From contig CAJUPL010000001.1 of assembly GCA_910588435.1 (NCBI GenBank), positions 45,309 to 109,308 of the forward strand: 64,000 bases of DNA, read 5' to 3'. The notes beneath the pieces were generated by a model that saw only the letters and a list, made by a program, of their open reading frames with translations, was not told the origin of the DNA and ran no database searches. Origin of the DNA: an uncultured Eggerthellaceae bacterium (GTDB lineage Bacteria > Actinomycetota > Coriobacteriia > Coriobacteriales > Eggerthellaceae). The stretch's first letter is position 1, and each line of letters starts with the position of its first letter. The position numbers and the translations under genes are program-made. Positions 28,788 through 38,009 of this stretch are shown in pieces.

Positions 28788-30131
28788 GTGGAGCGCGTGT
28801 TATCCATATCCATCATCTGCATCCTGGCAGTCTTGATGGTCTTGCAAGGCGGCTTCTTCTCGGAAGCCGCCTGCGCTGTTCTCATCAGTGCAGCCGTTGT
28901 GGCTGTGGTCATCCTCTGCTGGTGGTGGTTGGCGGGCAGAAGGTCTTCCAGCAAGCCATCAGGGGAACACAGCTCAAGCGACTGGAGCTCCATCTTGCGA
29001 ACGTGGTTCCCGCTCGTGTGCGCTCTGCTTATAGCGGCGCTATTCGCTGTCAGTTCTTTGGCTCACGGGCTTAGCGCTGAAAGCCTTCGGCAGTGCTCAC
29101 CTTGGCTGCTCGCTGCCATAGCGTCAGTTGGAGTGGTCATCTTAGGTTCGTCTGAGCGCATCTGGTTGCTCAAGGGCATCGCGTGGCTTGGCGTTGTGAG
29201 CGCAGTGGTAGGCATAGCCCTCTTCGCTGATATTCCTCATCTTGGAGGAACGGTGAGCGCTGGCAGGCTCAATTTCCTCTTCCAGTACGCGAATGCGGCT
29301 GGAGCGTGGTTCGCATGCGTGGCACTCATATGCATGCGGTTGCATGATGCTCGCCTCAGCAGGTGCTTGGCCCCATCTTTCGTGGCTTTGCTGCTCACAC
29401 AATCGGTGGGAGCCATCTTACTGTTCGGATGCATCATGTGTGTGTGCATCGCAAGGAAGGCTATCAGGGCAAAGGGCCCAGATGCATGGACGGAGCTTTG
29501 TGCCCTGTTGGTGCAGATCTTGATGGCAACTCTCGTATTTGCATGCTTCAGGATGAGCATCAGCATTGGCGTGATCGTATTCTTGGCAGTTTGGGTGTTG
29601 TTCTATGAGCTTTGGCCCAAGGCGTGCAAGCGCTTGATGGGCAAGGATGCGCCTCGTGTGGTCTTTTGGGTAGCCGCATGTATGATCGTGGCTGCCTTGG
29701 TGGCGCTTGCATTCGTGATGGCTCCTAGGCTGATGCAAGCTTCTGGTACGTTCGCTGAGAGGCTTGCTCAGATGAGGGATGCTTTCACATTGTTGGTACA
29801 AAATCCTGTGCTGGGGATAGGCCCTGATCAGTGGCAAGTTGTCTATCCTTCCATGCAGAGCGCAGAGTATCGCTCAGCCGTCGTTCATTCTGGGTACCTT
29901 CAATTGGGGTTGGATGCAGGGGTGCTGGCACCTCTGGCCTTGTTAGGCATGCTCGCGCATGCGTTGGTGCGTGGTGGCAATGTGGTGAAGCCTGCACTCT
30001 GGCTGCTTGCTCTGCATTCGCTCATTGACTTCGATCTTCGCTTTGCGTTCTTCGTCGTATTGATCTTCGTATTTGTCTCTGCTTCTGATCTCAGCGTGGA
30101 GGATGGCAACCAGTCAGGCAAGGTTGCCTGA
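28788..30131 (+). CDS. O-antigen ligase/polymerase-like (Wzy_C family) polytopic membrane protein
   Basis: At least 10 TM helices, with blocks typical of the family (FLFQYANAAGAWFA and VVHSGYLQLGLDAGVL). It has a GTG start 27 nt after the surface-protein stop. Confidence 0.7.
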   Translation: MERVLSISIICILAVLMVLQGGFFSEAACAVLISAAVVAVVILCWWWLAGRRSSSKPSGEHSSSDWSSILRTWFPLVCALLIAALFAVSSLAHGLSAESLRQCSPWLLAAIASVGVVILGSSERIWLLKGIAWLGVVSAVVGIALFADIPHLGGTVSAGRLNFLFQYANAAGAWFACVALICMRLHDARLSRCLAPSFVALLLTQSVGAILLFGCIMCVCIARKAIRAKGPDAWTELCALLVQILMATLVFACFRMSISIGVIVFLAVWVLFYELWPKACKRLMGKDAPRVVFWVAACMIVAALVALAFVMAPRLMQASGTFAERLAQMRDAFTLLVQNPVLGIGPDQWQVVYPSMQSAEYRSAVVHSGYLQLGLDAGVLAPLALLGMLAHALVRGGNVVKPALWLLALHSLIDFDLRFAFFVVLIFVFVSASDLSVEDGNQSGKVA

Positions 30132-30137
30132 CTCTGG

Positions 30138-30176
30138 ATCATCTATCCGGGCATTTCGGCCTACCGCCCACTCTTG
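30138..30176 (+). repeat. Internally deleted remnant of the structured repeat
   Basis: atctatccgggcatttcgg joins directly to ccgcccactctt. These are the 3' blocks of the element without the intervening hairpins. Confidence 0.5.
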
Positions 30177-30201
30177 CGGGGAGGTGGATGCCTCCCTACC
30201 T

Positions 30202-30447
30202 GTGGGCGCTTGCATTGTAAGCGCAGCATTGCGCCCCCTTGTGGGCGTCTCCATTGGAGACGCAGCATTGCGATGAGCAATGCGTAACTTGCCCGGCAGG
30301 GCAAGAACACCCGGAACAGAGCAACTGGTCAGGTAAGCTTGCCTGGCGCAGACCAGCCATCCGGGTGCTTCGGGCTAGCGCCCTCATTACGCTGCGCTAG
30401 CGCACAGCTGCGTTCGCAATGCGAACGCCCACTCTTGAGGGGGTGAC
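30202..30447 (+). repeat. Structured intergenic repeat, copy B (extra left module at 30202-30240, core 30241-30432)
   Basis: Full-length alignment to copies A1, C, D and E. It lies between convergent genes. Confidence 0.8.
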
Positions 30448-30503
30448 CCACGAGATCGGGAAGCACCCACAGATGAAGAGAGCTGGCAAGGTCCTTGCAG
30501 GGT

Positions 30504-31379
30504 CTACGCCTGGTTGGCGTCTTGCAGGATGGCTTCCTTTGCTGCCTTCCTAGCCCGCTCGCGCTTGCAGATGATGGCGCCTATCACGATGCTAGCTGCT
30601 GCCATGACACAGCTGGATGCCAGCCATACGATGCCCATGCCGATCCAGAAGCCTTGCGGATACATCTGTATGAGAAGGCTGTCAGCGGGGAATGTCCAAG
30701 TCCCATTCGCAAAGAAGATGGAGTGCAGGACGGCGAATAGGCTGTCGAATGAGACAGCAGCCCATGCCCCCAAGATGACGAACACGACGATAGTGGCGAT
30801 GCCTCCTGCCAGAAGCGCTCTTCCGCAAGGTGCGGCCCCGAACATCATCACCAAGCACATGAGGCAGAAAGCTGCTATCAGGGTGCAGCCTATCAGCGGC
30901 ATTCGCACGCTTGATATGACGGTGTTGACGTCATTCAAGTGGCTCACAGCTGATGAGTCCAGTGCATATGATGGAGAGAGCTGGTACAGCTCATACATGG
31001 CATCTGTTGAGTTGATGGCGCCGTCAGACCAAGAAGAGGTGATGGAATCAGCATCAGCCCATGCATCTGACCTCTCTTGGCTTTGAGCGGAAGAGCTTGC
31101 CGCTTCCATCACCTTCGTTGCAAGCGCATCTTGCGCCTCAGTCTCCCCGTCATCTGTTCTCAGGTAGTCCTCAACGGTGTAGGCCCTGACCTCAAGGGCC
31201 AATGATGTCAGATCACGTTCGGTGTACGGTGAGCCTTCGAAGTCAGAGTTCGATTTCGATAGGTTCTGCGTTGCCATGGGAAAGCCCGCGCAGATGGCGA
31301 ATCCTATCCCAATGTAAGTGATCGCAAGCGCAATGGTGGCAAGCACCACTAGCACCTTGGCTTGAGCGGATCTTCCCAC
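30504..31379 (-). CDS. Integral membrane protein, DUF1461/TIGR01906-like (Lit-like)
   Basis: One N-terminal TM helix, an extracellular domain and three or four C-terminal TM helices. The block LHSIFFANGTWTFPADSLLIQMYPQGFW resembles that family. The assignment is from memory of the motif. Confidence 0.45.
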   Translation of the reverse strand: MGRSAQAKVLVVLATIALAITYIGIGFAICAGFPMATQNLSKSNSDFEGSPYTERDLTSLALEVRAYTVEDYLRTDDGETEAQDALATKVMEAASSSAQSQERSDAWADADSITSSWSDGAINSTDAMYELYQLSPSYALDSSAVSHLNDVNTVISSVRMPLIGCTLIAAFCLMCLVMMFGAAPCGRALLAGGIATIVVFVILGAWAAVSFDSLFAVLHSIFFANGTWTFPADSLLIQMYPQGFWIGMGIVWLASSCVMAAASIVIGAIICKRERARKAAKEAILQDANQA

Positions 31380-32771
31380 TTAGAGCTCCAAACCCTCTTC
31401 AACATCAGCATCAACCCAGATGGTTGCTGCGGTCATGCCCTCGTTCTGCTTGCTGATGGTGGGATGAGGCCCCAAGCGCGAGAACACGCCCTGGAAGTGC
31501 CCGTCATACAGATAGAGCCCGTTCAGGTTGTTGTACATGACAGGTTCGCTCTTCACGGCACCATCTGGCTCTTCCAAGATCCCAGTATCTGGCGGAAGCG
31601 TCTCTGACTTATAGGGCGTGATGAACCTCTGCACGATGAATTGCGTGCCGGAAGCTGCGTTCGCATGCTTTGAGATGAGCTCTTGCCACTGCTCGTCAGT
31701 GACCTCACGTCCGGCATATACATCGTCTGCCCCGTAGTGATCAGCTGGCTTGATGATCCACTGGTCCTTGTTCTGGATGATCTGCTCCAGATTGACGGAA
31801 CCCTCATCCAGAAAGGCCGTCTGCGGGATGGTCTGCTCCAGGAAGCTGACCTCATCGGCGTCTAGCATGTCAATGGTGGCGGGCTTCATCAGCACTTCGA
31901 ATATCTGCTTGTCATGGATGATGTGTCCCGCGAAGCTGCCGATCAGCGCAACCTTCTCAGCGCGAACCGCATCTATCAGAGCCTGTGACTCTGACCAGTG
32001 ATCGATCACGTCATTCGTCACGCATCTGCGCCAGATGGCGTCTATCTGCAAGCCGTCTGGCCCATTGAGGGTGCTGCCGTTGAAGGTGAGCTCACGCACG
32101 TCGCACACGATGCAGTCTATGCCGCGCTCTTTGAAGAGGCTGGCGAACACGTGGAACTCATCTACCACACCGTTCTCCAAGTAGTCGCAGATGGCGAAGC
32201 GTGGGTTCTGCACTTTGTTCACGTATGTGTCATAGATCTTGCAGAACCTGTCCACCCAAGGCTGGAAGAGCGAGCAGCCAGTGACCTTGTGGCTTTGAGC
32301 GAACGTCTTGAACGTGTCTGAGCCGATGATGGAGTTGGTGATCTCACGGTTCTCATTCATGCCTGCAGAGCCGTCTCCGTTGAATTCGCAGAACGCAAGG
32401 CGCCCCGTGTCTTCATCTATGAACGTATCCACGCGCGCGAATGGGAGCAAGGAGTCATAGCCCCTTGGAAGGAGGATGAGCTCACGAAGCCTATCGTCGA
32501 AATCGAACAACTCACGGTATTCCGGATCATCTAGATAGCGCTGCATCACCTTGCAGAGGATGCGATGCGTCATCTCAGATGACCTCTTCATGAGGTCATA
32601 TATCTCTTGGCTGAACAGCTTCGGGATGAAGCTTGAAGCAACCACTTGATGGTGCACGATGGCGGTGGAATCCATCATGTAGCGGAACGCTTGCCGCCTG
32701 CTCTCTATATCCCCGTCAAGCTCATCCAGGATCTGGAAGTACTCTGATGTGTACTGGCCATCCTTTGCCAT
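31380..32771 (-). CDS. Glutathionylspermidine-synthase-like ATP-grasp family protein
   Basis: 463 aa with RVDTFIDEDTGRLAFCEFNGDGSAGMNE and IIKPADHYGADDVYAG blocks typical of the GSP_synth pre-ATP-grasp/ATP-grasp fold. Its stop abuts the start of the downstream membrane gene. Confidence 0.55.
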   Translation of the reverse strand: MAKDGQYTSEYFQILDELDGDIESRRQAFRYMMDSTAIVHHQVVASSFIPKLFSQEIYDLMKRSSEMTHRILCKVMQRYLDDPEYRELFDFDDRLRELILLPRGYDSLLPFARVDTFIDEDTGRLAFCEFNGDGSAGMNENREITNSIIGSDTFKTFAQSHKVTGCSLFQPWVDRFCKIYDTYVNKVQNPRFAICDYLENGVVDEFHVFASLFKERGIDCIVCDVRELTFNGSTLNGPDGLQIDAIWRRCVTNDVIDHWSESQALIDAVRAEKVALIGSFAGHIIHDKQIFEVLMKPATIDMLDADEVSFLEQTIPQTAFLDEGSVNLEQIIQNKDQWIIKPADHYGADDVYAGREVTDEQWQELISKHANAASGTQFIVQRFITPYKSETLPPDTGILEEPDGAVKSEPVMYNNLNGLYLYDGHFQGVFSRLGPHPTISKQNEGMTAATIWVDADVEEGLEL

Positions 32772-32961
32772 CTGTAGCCTCTTTTCAGTCTATTGAGTCC
32801 GGCTTGCTAGCATCCTCTGATGCTCAGCATCATATATCTTTTCAAAACATCAACGTTCATGGTCGCAGATTATGAAATCATACGTTCATTTTGTAGCATC
32901 CCGAAAAGGATAAGCGGCAAGGTCAGCATTGATGTGAGCTGGCCTGAAGGGGTGCATCGGA

Positions 32962-34494
32962 ATGAGACCAATGGAATTCGCGAAGAGGACCGCGGCGAAC
33001 AAGGCCATCGATTATCTGATAAAGGATCCGCAAGGCCATATGGAGACGATGATGGCAACGATAGACAAGATCGTGCCGGACGCCCTCTTCCCATCTCAGC
33101 GCCGTGCTTTCGCGAACGCCATAGAGGAGAAGAGCAATTGGTATCAGCTCCTCTGCAGGATGGACGACCTTGACAAGGATGTGCTGGGCCCCATGCTGAA
33201 GACCTTCCTCACCGAAGCGAACCTGCTTGCATGGGATCAGCAGGAGAAGTCCCGTGAGCGCTACGAATGCAACATCCCTTGGGCCATCCTGCTGGATCCA
33301 ACCAGTGCATGCAACCTGCATTGCACGGGTTGCTGGGCGGCGGAGTATGGGCACAAGCTCAATCTGACATACGACGAGATAGACAGCATCATCTGCCAAG
33401 GCAAAGAGCTTGGGGTGCATATATACATCTATACAGGGGGAGAGCCGCTGGTCAGGAAGAAGGACCTCATCAGGCTCTGCGAAGCGCATCCTGATTGCGC
33501 GTTCCTCTGCTTCACGAACTCCACGCTCATAGATGAGGACTTCGCCGATCAGATAGCAAGGGTCAAGAACTTCATCCCGGTCATCTCAGCAGAAGGCGAT
33601 GAGTCTGCAACGGATGGGCGCCGTGGGGATGGCGTGTATCAGAAGATAGATGCCGCAATGGGCATCTTGAAGAGCAAGGGCCTTCCGTTCGGTGTCTCCA
33701 TCTGCTTCACAAGCCAGAATTGCGATTCCGTCTGCACAGATGGGTACTTCGATTGGCTGATAGAGAAGGGCGCCTTCTTCGCGTGGATATTCACATATAT
33801 GCCAGTAGGGAAGGACTCTCCCGCTGAGCTCATGCCCGACCCTGAGCAGCGCGAGAAGCTATACAGGTTCAACAAGCATCTTCGTCAGACGAAGCCCATC
33901 CTGACGTTGGATTTCCAGAATGACGGTGAGTACGTTGGCGGATGCATAGCGGGTGGCAGGAGGTATCTGCATATAAATGCAGCGGGGGATGTTGAGCCTT
34001 GCGTCTTCATCCATTATTCGAACGCGAACATCCGGGACATGTCCCTTCTGGACTGCCTGAGGTCCCCAATATTCATGGGCTATTACAACGAGCAGCCCTT
34101 CAACGACAATCACCTGCGCCCATGTCCCATGCTGGAGAATCCTGAGTGCATAGAGCAGCTGGTGGAGGATACGGGAGCGCATTCCACAGAGCTCGTTGAG
34201 AGCGAGAGCGTGTATGAGCTCACTGCGAAGACGCGTCCGATGGCTGAGAGGTGGAAGCCTGTGGCTGAGCGCATATGGACGGATGAGTCTGATGAGCGCG
34301 CAGCAGAGCGTCATCGCACAGACCTTGGGCAGGCTGACTCTGACCTTGCGAAGCTGAAGCGCCAAGGACGCAAGATCCAATCAGCATTCGAAGAGGGCCG
34401 CGATGGCAAGAGCGTGGTTGAGGGGGATCGCTCAGCAGTTCATATGACACATGATGCATATGCCGCAGAAGATGCTCTCAGGCAGAGCGCGTAA
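32962..34494 (+). CDS. Radical SAM protein with C-terminal auxiliary Fe-S (SPASM/twitch-like) region
   Basis: CxxxCxxC in PTSACNLHCTGCWAAEYG, a GGEP motif in YTGGEPLV, and later GGCIAGGRRYLHINAAGDVEPCVF. It has an N-terminal extension of about 100 aa and an acidic C-terminal tail. Confidence 0.8.
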   Translation: MRPMEFAKRTAANKAIDYLIKDPQGHMETMMATIDKIVPDALFPSQRRAFANAIEEKSNWYQLLCRMDDLDKDVLGPMLKTFLTEANLLAWDQQEKSRERYECNIPWAILLDPTSACNLHCTGCWAAEYGHKLNLTYDEIDSIICQGKELGVHIYIYTGGEPLVRKKDLIRLCEAHPDCAFLCFTNSTLIDEDFADQIARVKNFIPVISAEGDESATDGRRGDGVYQKIDAAMGILKSKGLPFGVSICFTSQNCDSVCTDGYFDWLIEKGAFFAWIFTYMPVGKDSPAELMPDPEQREKLYRFNKHLRQTKPILTLDFQNDGEYVGGCIAGGRRYLHINAAGDVEPCVFIHYSNANIRDMSLLDCLRSPIFMGYYNEQPFNDNHLRPCPMLENPECIEQLVEDTGAHSTELVESESVYELTAKTRPMAERWKPVAERIWTDESDERAAERHRTDLGQADSDLAKLKRQGRKIQSAFEEGRDGKSVVEGDRSAVHMTHDAYAAEDALRQSA

Positions 34495-34515
34495 GATCCA
34501 TCGCCTGATTCATCC

Positions 34516-34544
34516 TTGCAAAAGGCACCGTTTGAAAGTATGAT
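34516..34544 (+). promoter_or_regulatory. Sigma-70-type promoter for the rpsP operon
   Basis: TTGCAA, a 17-nt spacer, then TATGAT, about 48 nt upstream of the rpsP ATG. Confidence 0.45.
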
Positions 34545-34591
34545 TGTAAACTGCTGTTTTGCAATAGGCAATATAAGAGGAGCACAGTTAA

Positions 34592-34834
34592 ATGGTAAAG
34601 ATTCGTCTTACAAGGCATGGCGCGAAGAAGCGCCCGTATTACAGGGTGGTAGTTGCGGATTCGCGTTGCCCTCGTGACGGCAAGTTCATCGAGCAGGTTG
34701 GCAAGTACAACCCTTGCTCTACCCCCAAGCTCATCGAGCTTGACACTGAGAAGATCGATGAGTGGGTGGCGAACGGCGCTCAGGTCTCTGATGCTGTGTC
34801 ACGCCTCATGAAGCAGGCCAAGGAAAGCGCATAG
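34592..34834 (+). CDS. rpsP: 30S ribosomal protein S16
   Basis: [25 protein letters not shown] is a canonical S16 N-terminus. SD AGAGGAG is present. Confidence 0.95.
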   Translation: MVKIRLTRHGAKKRPYYRVVVADSRCPRDGKFIEQVGKYNPCSTPKLIELDTEKIDEWVANGAQVSDAVSRLMKQAKESA

Positions 34835-34841
34835 CCAGATC

Positions 34842-35096
34842 ATGGATGATGCATCCAAGGAGCTCGTAGCGCTCGTTGAATACGTCGTCACGCCTTTGGT
34901 TGATGAGCCCGAAGAGGTCTCTGTGACTCATGCTGAAGGCGAAGATGGCAGGATCCTCATAGAGATCCGCGTGAGCGAAGGCGATGTGGGCAAGGTCATA
35001 GGCCGTCAGGGCCGTGTGATCAAGTCCATAAGGACGCTGGCAAGAGCAGCTGCTACCAGGAAGGACGCCCAGGTCGAGGTGGAGCTGGTAGATTAG
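34842..35096 (+). CDS. KH-domain RNA-binding protein (YlqC family)
   Basis: 84 aa with the GxxG KH motif in GKVIGRQGRVIKSIRTLA. It occupies the conserved position between rpsP and rimM. Confidence 0.85.
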   Translation: MDDASKELVALVEYVVTPLVDEPEEVSVTHAEGEDGRILIEIRVSEGDVGKVIGRQGRVIKSIRTLARAAATRKDAQVEVELVD

Positions 35097-35614
35097 TGCG
35101 CGGCTGGCATCTGAGCGCGATCGTTGCTGGTACCAAAGGGTTGAACGGAAGGCTGAGGCTCAAGAGCGCCTCGGCCTTCTTGCGTTTCGCCTCTGTAGGT
35201 GATGAAGTTGCCTTCGTTCCTCCTGTTGAGGACGCTCCGCGCTTTGCTCGCGTCATCGGCGGGGAAGAGGCGGGTGCAGAAGGCGTTCTCACTTCTTTCG
35301 AAGGCATATCTAGCGCGAAGGATGCAGAGGCCCTGATCGGCTGCAGGGTCTTGCTCAGAAGCGAAGAGATGCAAGAGTGGATCGACGCTTCTGATGAGGT
35401 GAGCTTCATCGGCTTTCAGGTGATAGATGAATCGCTTGGCAAGGTGGGAACCGTCCAGTCCGTGGATGATGACCGCCTGCAACCCATCGCCAGCATCATG
35501 AGAGAAGATGGCTCTGTGTTCGCTATGCCCTTCGTTGAGGATATGATCTTGGACGTCAGCATGGACGATGAGGTGCTCCATGTTGACCTCCCCAAAGGCC
35601 TCTTGGAGCTCTGA
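35096..35614 (+). CDS. rimM: Ribosome maturation factor RimM
   Basis: GTG start overlapping the KH-gene stop. RimM/PRC-barrel layout with GTKGLNGRLRL and a C-terminal PRC region, in the conserved gene order. Confidence 0.85.
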   Translation: MRGWHLSAIVAGTKGLNGRLRLKSASAFLRFASVGDEVAFVPPVEDAPRFARVIGGEEAGAEGVLTSFEGISSAKDAEALIGCRVLLRSEEMQEWIDASDEVSFIGFQVIDESLGKVGTVQSVDDDRLQPIASIMREDGSVFAMPFVEDMILDVSMDDEVLHVDLPKGLLEL

Positions 35615-35622
35615 CAGATCCC

Positions 35623-36369
35623 ATGAAGATAGACGCCATCACCACATTCCCGCATATGTATGACTCAGTGATGGGTGAGTCCATGATGCGCTTGGCCCAA
35701 GAGAAGGGTCTTTTGGAGTTCAAGGCGCATGATCTGAGAGACTGGGCGCAAGGCGTTCATAGGAAGACGGATGACTATCCCTATGGTGGCGGATGCGGGC
35801 TGGTCATGATGTGCGATCCCATCTTCAAGGCTGTTGAGGATGTGCTGGGATATGAGGCAGGGTCCCTCCCGGAAGGCAGGCGCGAACGGGGGGATGATGG
35901 CGCTACGGTCATCTTCATGGCGCCCGTTGGGAAGACCTTTGACGATAGCCTGGCTTGCAAGCTTGCCAAGAAGGAGAGGCTCGTCTTCGTGTGCGGTCAC
36001 TATGAGGGCATAGACGAGCGCGCATATTCGCTGGCAGATGAGGTCATCTCCATCGGGGATTACGTCCTCACTGGCGGGGAGCTTGCTTCCATGGTGGTGA
36101 TAGACGCCGTGGTTCGCAAGATAGAGGGCGTGCTTGGCGCTGAGGGTGGCGCTGAGACGGAATCCTTCGCGGATGGGCTCTTGGAGTATCCGCAATACAC
36201 TCGTCCGCGGAGCTTTCGCGGAATGGATGTGCCGGAGATCCTGCTGTCTGGCCATCATGCGAACATCGCAGAGTGGAGGCACGCTCAGTCAGTTGAGAGG
36301 ACGCGTGCGCTGCGCCCCGACCTCCTTGAGCAGGACAACAGGCCTTCAAGTTGTGCTTCTGCGCACTAA
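35623..36369 (+). CDS. trmD: tRNA (guanine37-N1)-methyltransferase
   Basis: Motifs MKIDAITTFPHMY, YPYGGGCGLVM, FVCGHYEGIDER and SIGDYVLTGGE. Confidence 0.95.
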   Translation: MKIDAITTFPHMYDSVMGESMMRLAQEKGLLEFKAHDLRDWAQGVHRKTDDYPYGGGCGLVMMCDPIFKAVEDVLGYEAGSLPEGRRERGDDGATVIFMAPVGKTFDDSLACKLAKKERLVFVCGHYEGIDERAYSLADEVISIGDYVLTGGELASMVVIDAVVRKIEGVLGAEGGAETESFADGLLEYPQYTRPRSFRGMDVPEILLSGHHANIAEWRHAQSVERTRALRPDLLEQDNRPSSCASAH

Positions 36370-36487
36370 GAGCGCTGCGTAGCTGAAGAACTAAGGTATG
36401 ATTGCACGCGGCCATGTTCTGCGGGCTTCATGCGTGAAGAGCAAGGTCACATCCTTAGCAGGTCATGAAAGGTTTTGAGAGCGTCTG

Positions 36488-37057
36488 ATGTATTCGGGTG
36501 ATCACGCAGAGAAGAAGAAGGGGATAGGCAGATCCATCCTATCCTTCGTACTGACCATTGCTGCCATCGTGGCCATAGCTTGGGGGCTTCGAACCTTCGT
36601 GTTCCAAGCATATGAGATCCCGTCTGGCTCAATGGAAGACACCATCATGACCGGAGACATGGTCTTCTCTGAGAAGCTGACGTATTACGGCTCTGATCCA
36701 GAGCGCGGGGACATCGTCACATTCCAAGACCCTGAGATCCCATCGCGCACGCTCATCAAGCGCGTGATCGCAACCGAGGGGCAGACGGTGCAGCTGATAG
36801 ATGGTGATGTGTTCGTAGACGGCCAGAAGCTGGTGGAGCCATACACTGATGGCAAGGAGAGCTGGCCGCTGATATCCTCATACGGATCTCCCATAACCTA
36901 CCCCTACACCGTGCCCAAAGGTGAGCTCTGGGTGATGGGGGACAACAGGACCAACTCCCAAGACTCAAGGTACTTCGGCTCCATCCCTGTCTCATCTGTG
37001 ACAGGGAAGGCCATATTCAAATACTGGCCCCTGGATAGCATCGGGCCTTTGGAATAG
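36488..37057 (+). CDS. lepB: Signal peptidase I
   Basis: N-terminal TM helix, catalytic Ser box IPSGSMEDTI, Lys box IKRVIA and GDNRTNSQDSR. Confidence 0.9.
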   Translation: MYSGDHAEKKKGIGRSILSFVLTIAAIVAIAWGLRTFVFQAYEIPSGSMEDTIMTGDMVFSEKLTYYGSDPERGDIVTFQDPEIPSRTLIKRVIATEGQTVQLIDGDVFVDGQKLVEPYTDGKESWPLISSYGSPITYPYTVPKGELWVMGDNRTNSQDSRYFGSIPVSSVTGKAIFKYWPLDSIGPLE

Positions 37058-37099
37058 CGCACAAGTTGGATCTAGGCGGAAAGGATCAGGTCAAGGCAT

Positions 37100-38008
37100 A
37101 TGTCGATACCGAATGCGCCCACCTTCCAAGAGGTGGTCATGAGGCTCCAGGAGTTCTGGGCATCTCAGGGCTGCGTGATCTTGCAGCCGTATGACAACGA
37201 GGTTGGTGCCGGCACGAACGCACCCGCAACCACGCTGCGCTCATTGGGGCCGGATACATGGCGCACCGCCTACGTGCAGGGCTGCCGCAGGCCAACTGAT
37301 GGGCGCTACGGTGAGAACCCGAACAGGCTCCAGTTCTACTATCAGTTCCAGGTGCTCATCAAGCCATCCCCTGATGACATCCAAGAGGCATATCTGGGAT
37401 CGCTTCGCGCCATAGGGATAGATACCGACGCTCATGACGTGCGCTTCGTTGAGGATGACTGGGAGTCCCCAACGCTTGGCGCATGGGGTCTTGGCTGGGA
37501 GGTCTGGATCGACGGCATGGAGGTGACGCAGTTCACTTACTTCCAGCAGGTGGGTGGCTTCGAATGCTCCCCGGTTCCCGTGGAGATAGCTTACGGCCTT
37601 GAGAGGCTCACCATGTTCGTCCAGGGCGTTGACTCTGTCTATGACATCGTCTGGGCGAAGGGCCCTGATGGGGTTCAGTTCACATACGGTGACGTCTACC
37701 TTGAGAATGAGCGCGAATACTCCAAGTACAACTTCGAGGTTGCAGACACTGAGTTCCTGTTCCAAGAGTTCGCGGACAGGGAGGCGGAGTGCAAGAAGAC
37801 GCTTGAGGCTGGGCTTCCGCTTCCGGCTTATGACTCCGTGCTGAAGTGCTGCCACACGTTCAACCTGCTTGATGCACGCGGTGTCATCTCCGCAACCGAG
37901 AGGATGGCATACATCCTGCGCGTGAGGACGCTTGCGAAGGCGTGCTGTGAGTCATACATGGAGCATGTCGTGGGATTGAAGGTAGCAACCGAAGAGGAAG
38001 GGGAGTGA
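37100..38008 (+). CDS. glyQ: Glycine--tRNA ligase alpha subunit
   Basis: Highly conserved GlyQ sequence ([33 protein letters not shown]). Confidence 0.95.
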   Translation: MSIPNAPTFQEVVMRLQEFWASQGCVILQPYDNEVGAGTNAPATTLRSLGPDTWRTAYVQGCRRPTDGRYGENPNRLQFYYQFQVLIKPSPDDIQEAYLGSLRAIGIDTDAHDVRFVEDDWESPTLGAWGLGWEVWIDGMEVTQFTYFQQVGGFECSPVPVEIAYGLERLTMFVQGVDSVYDIVWAKGPDGVQFTYGDVYLENEREYSKYNFEVADTEFLFQEFADREAECKKTLEAGLPLPAYDSVLKCCHTFNLLDARGVISATERMAYILRVRTLAKACCESYMEHVVGLKVATEEEGE

Positions 38009-38009
38009 G

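Noticed and set aside
37058-37099. A T-box leader upstream of glyQS.
   Set aside because: The intergenic gap is only 42 nt, far too short for a T-box, and no specifier or T-box sequence is visible.
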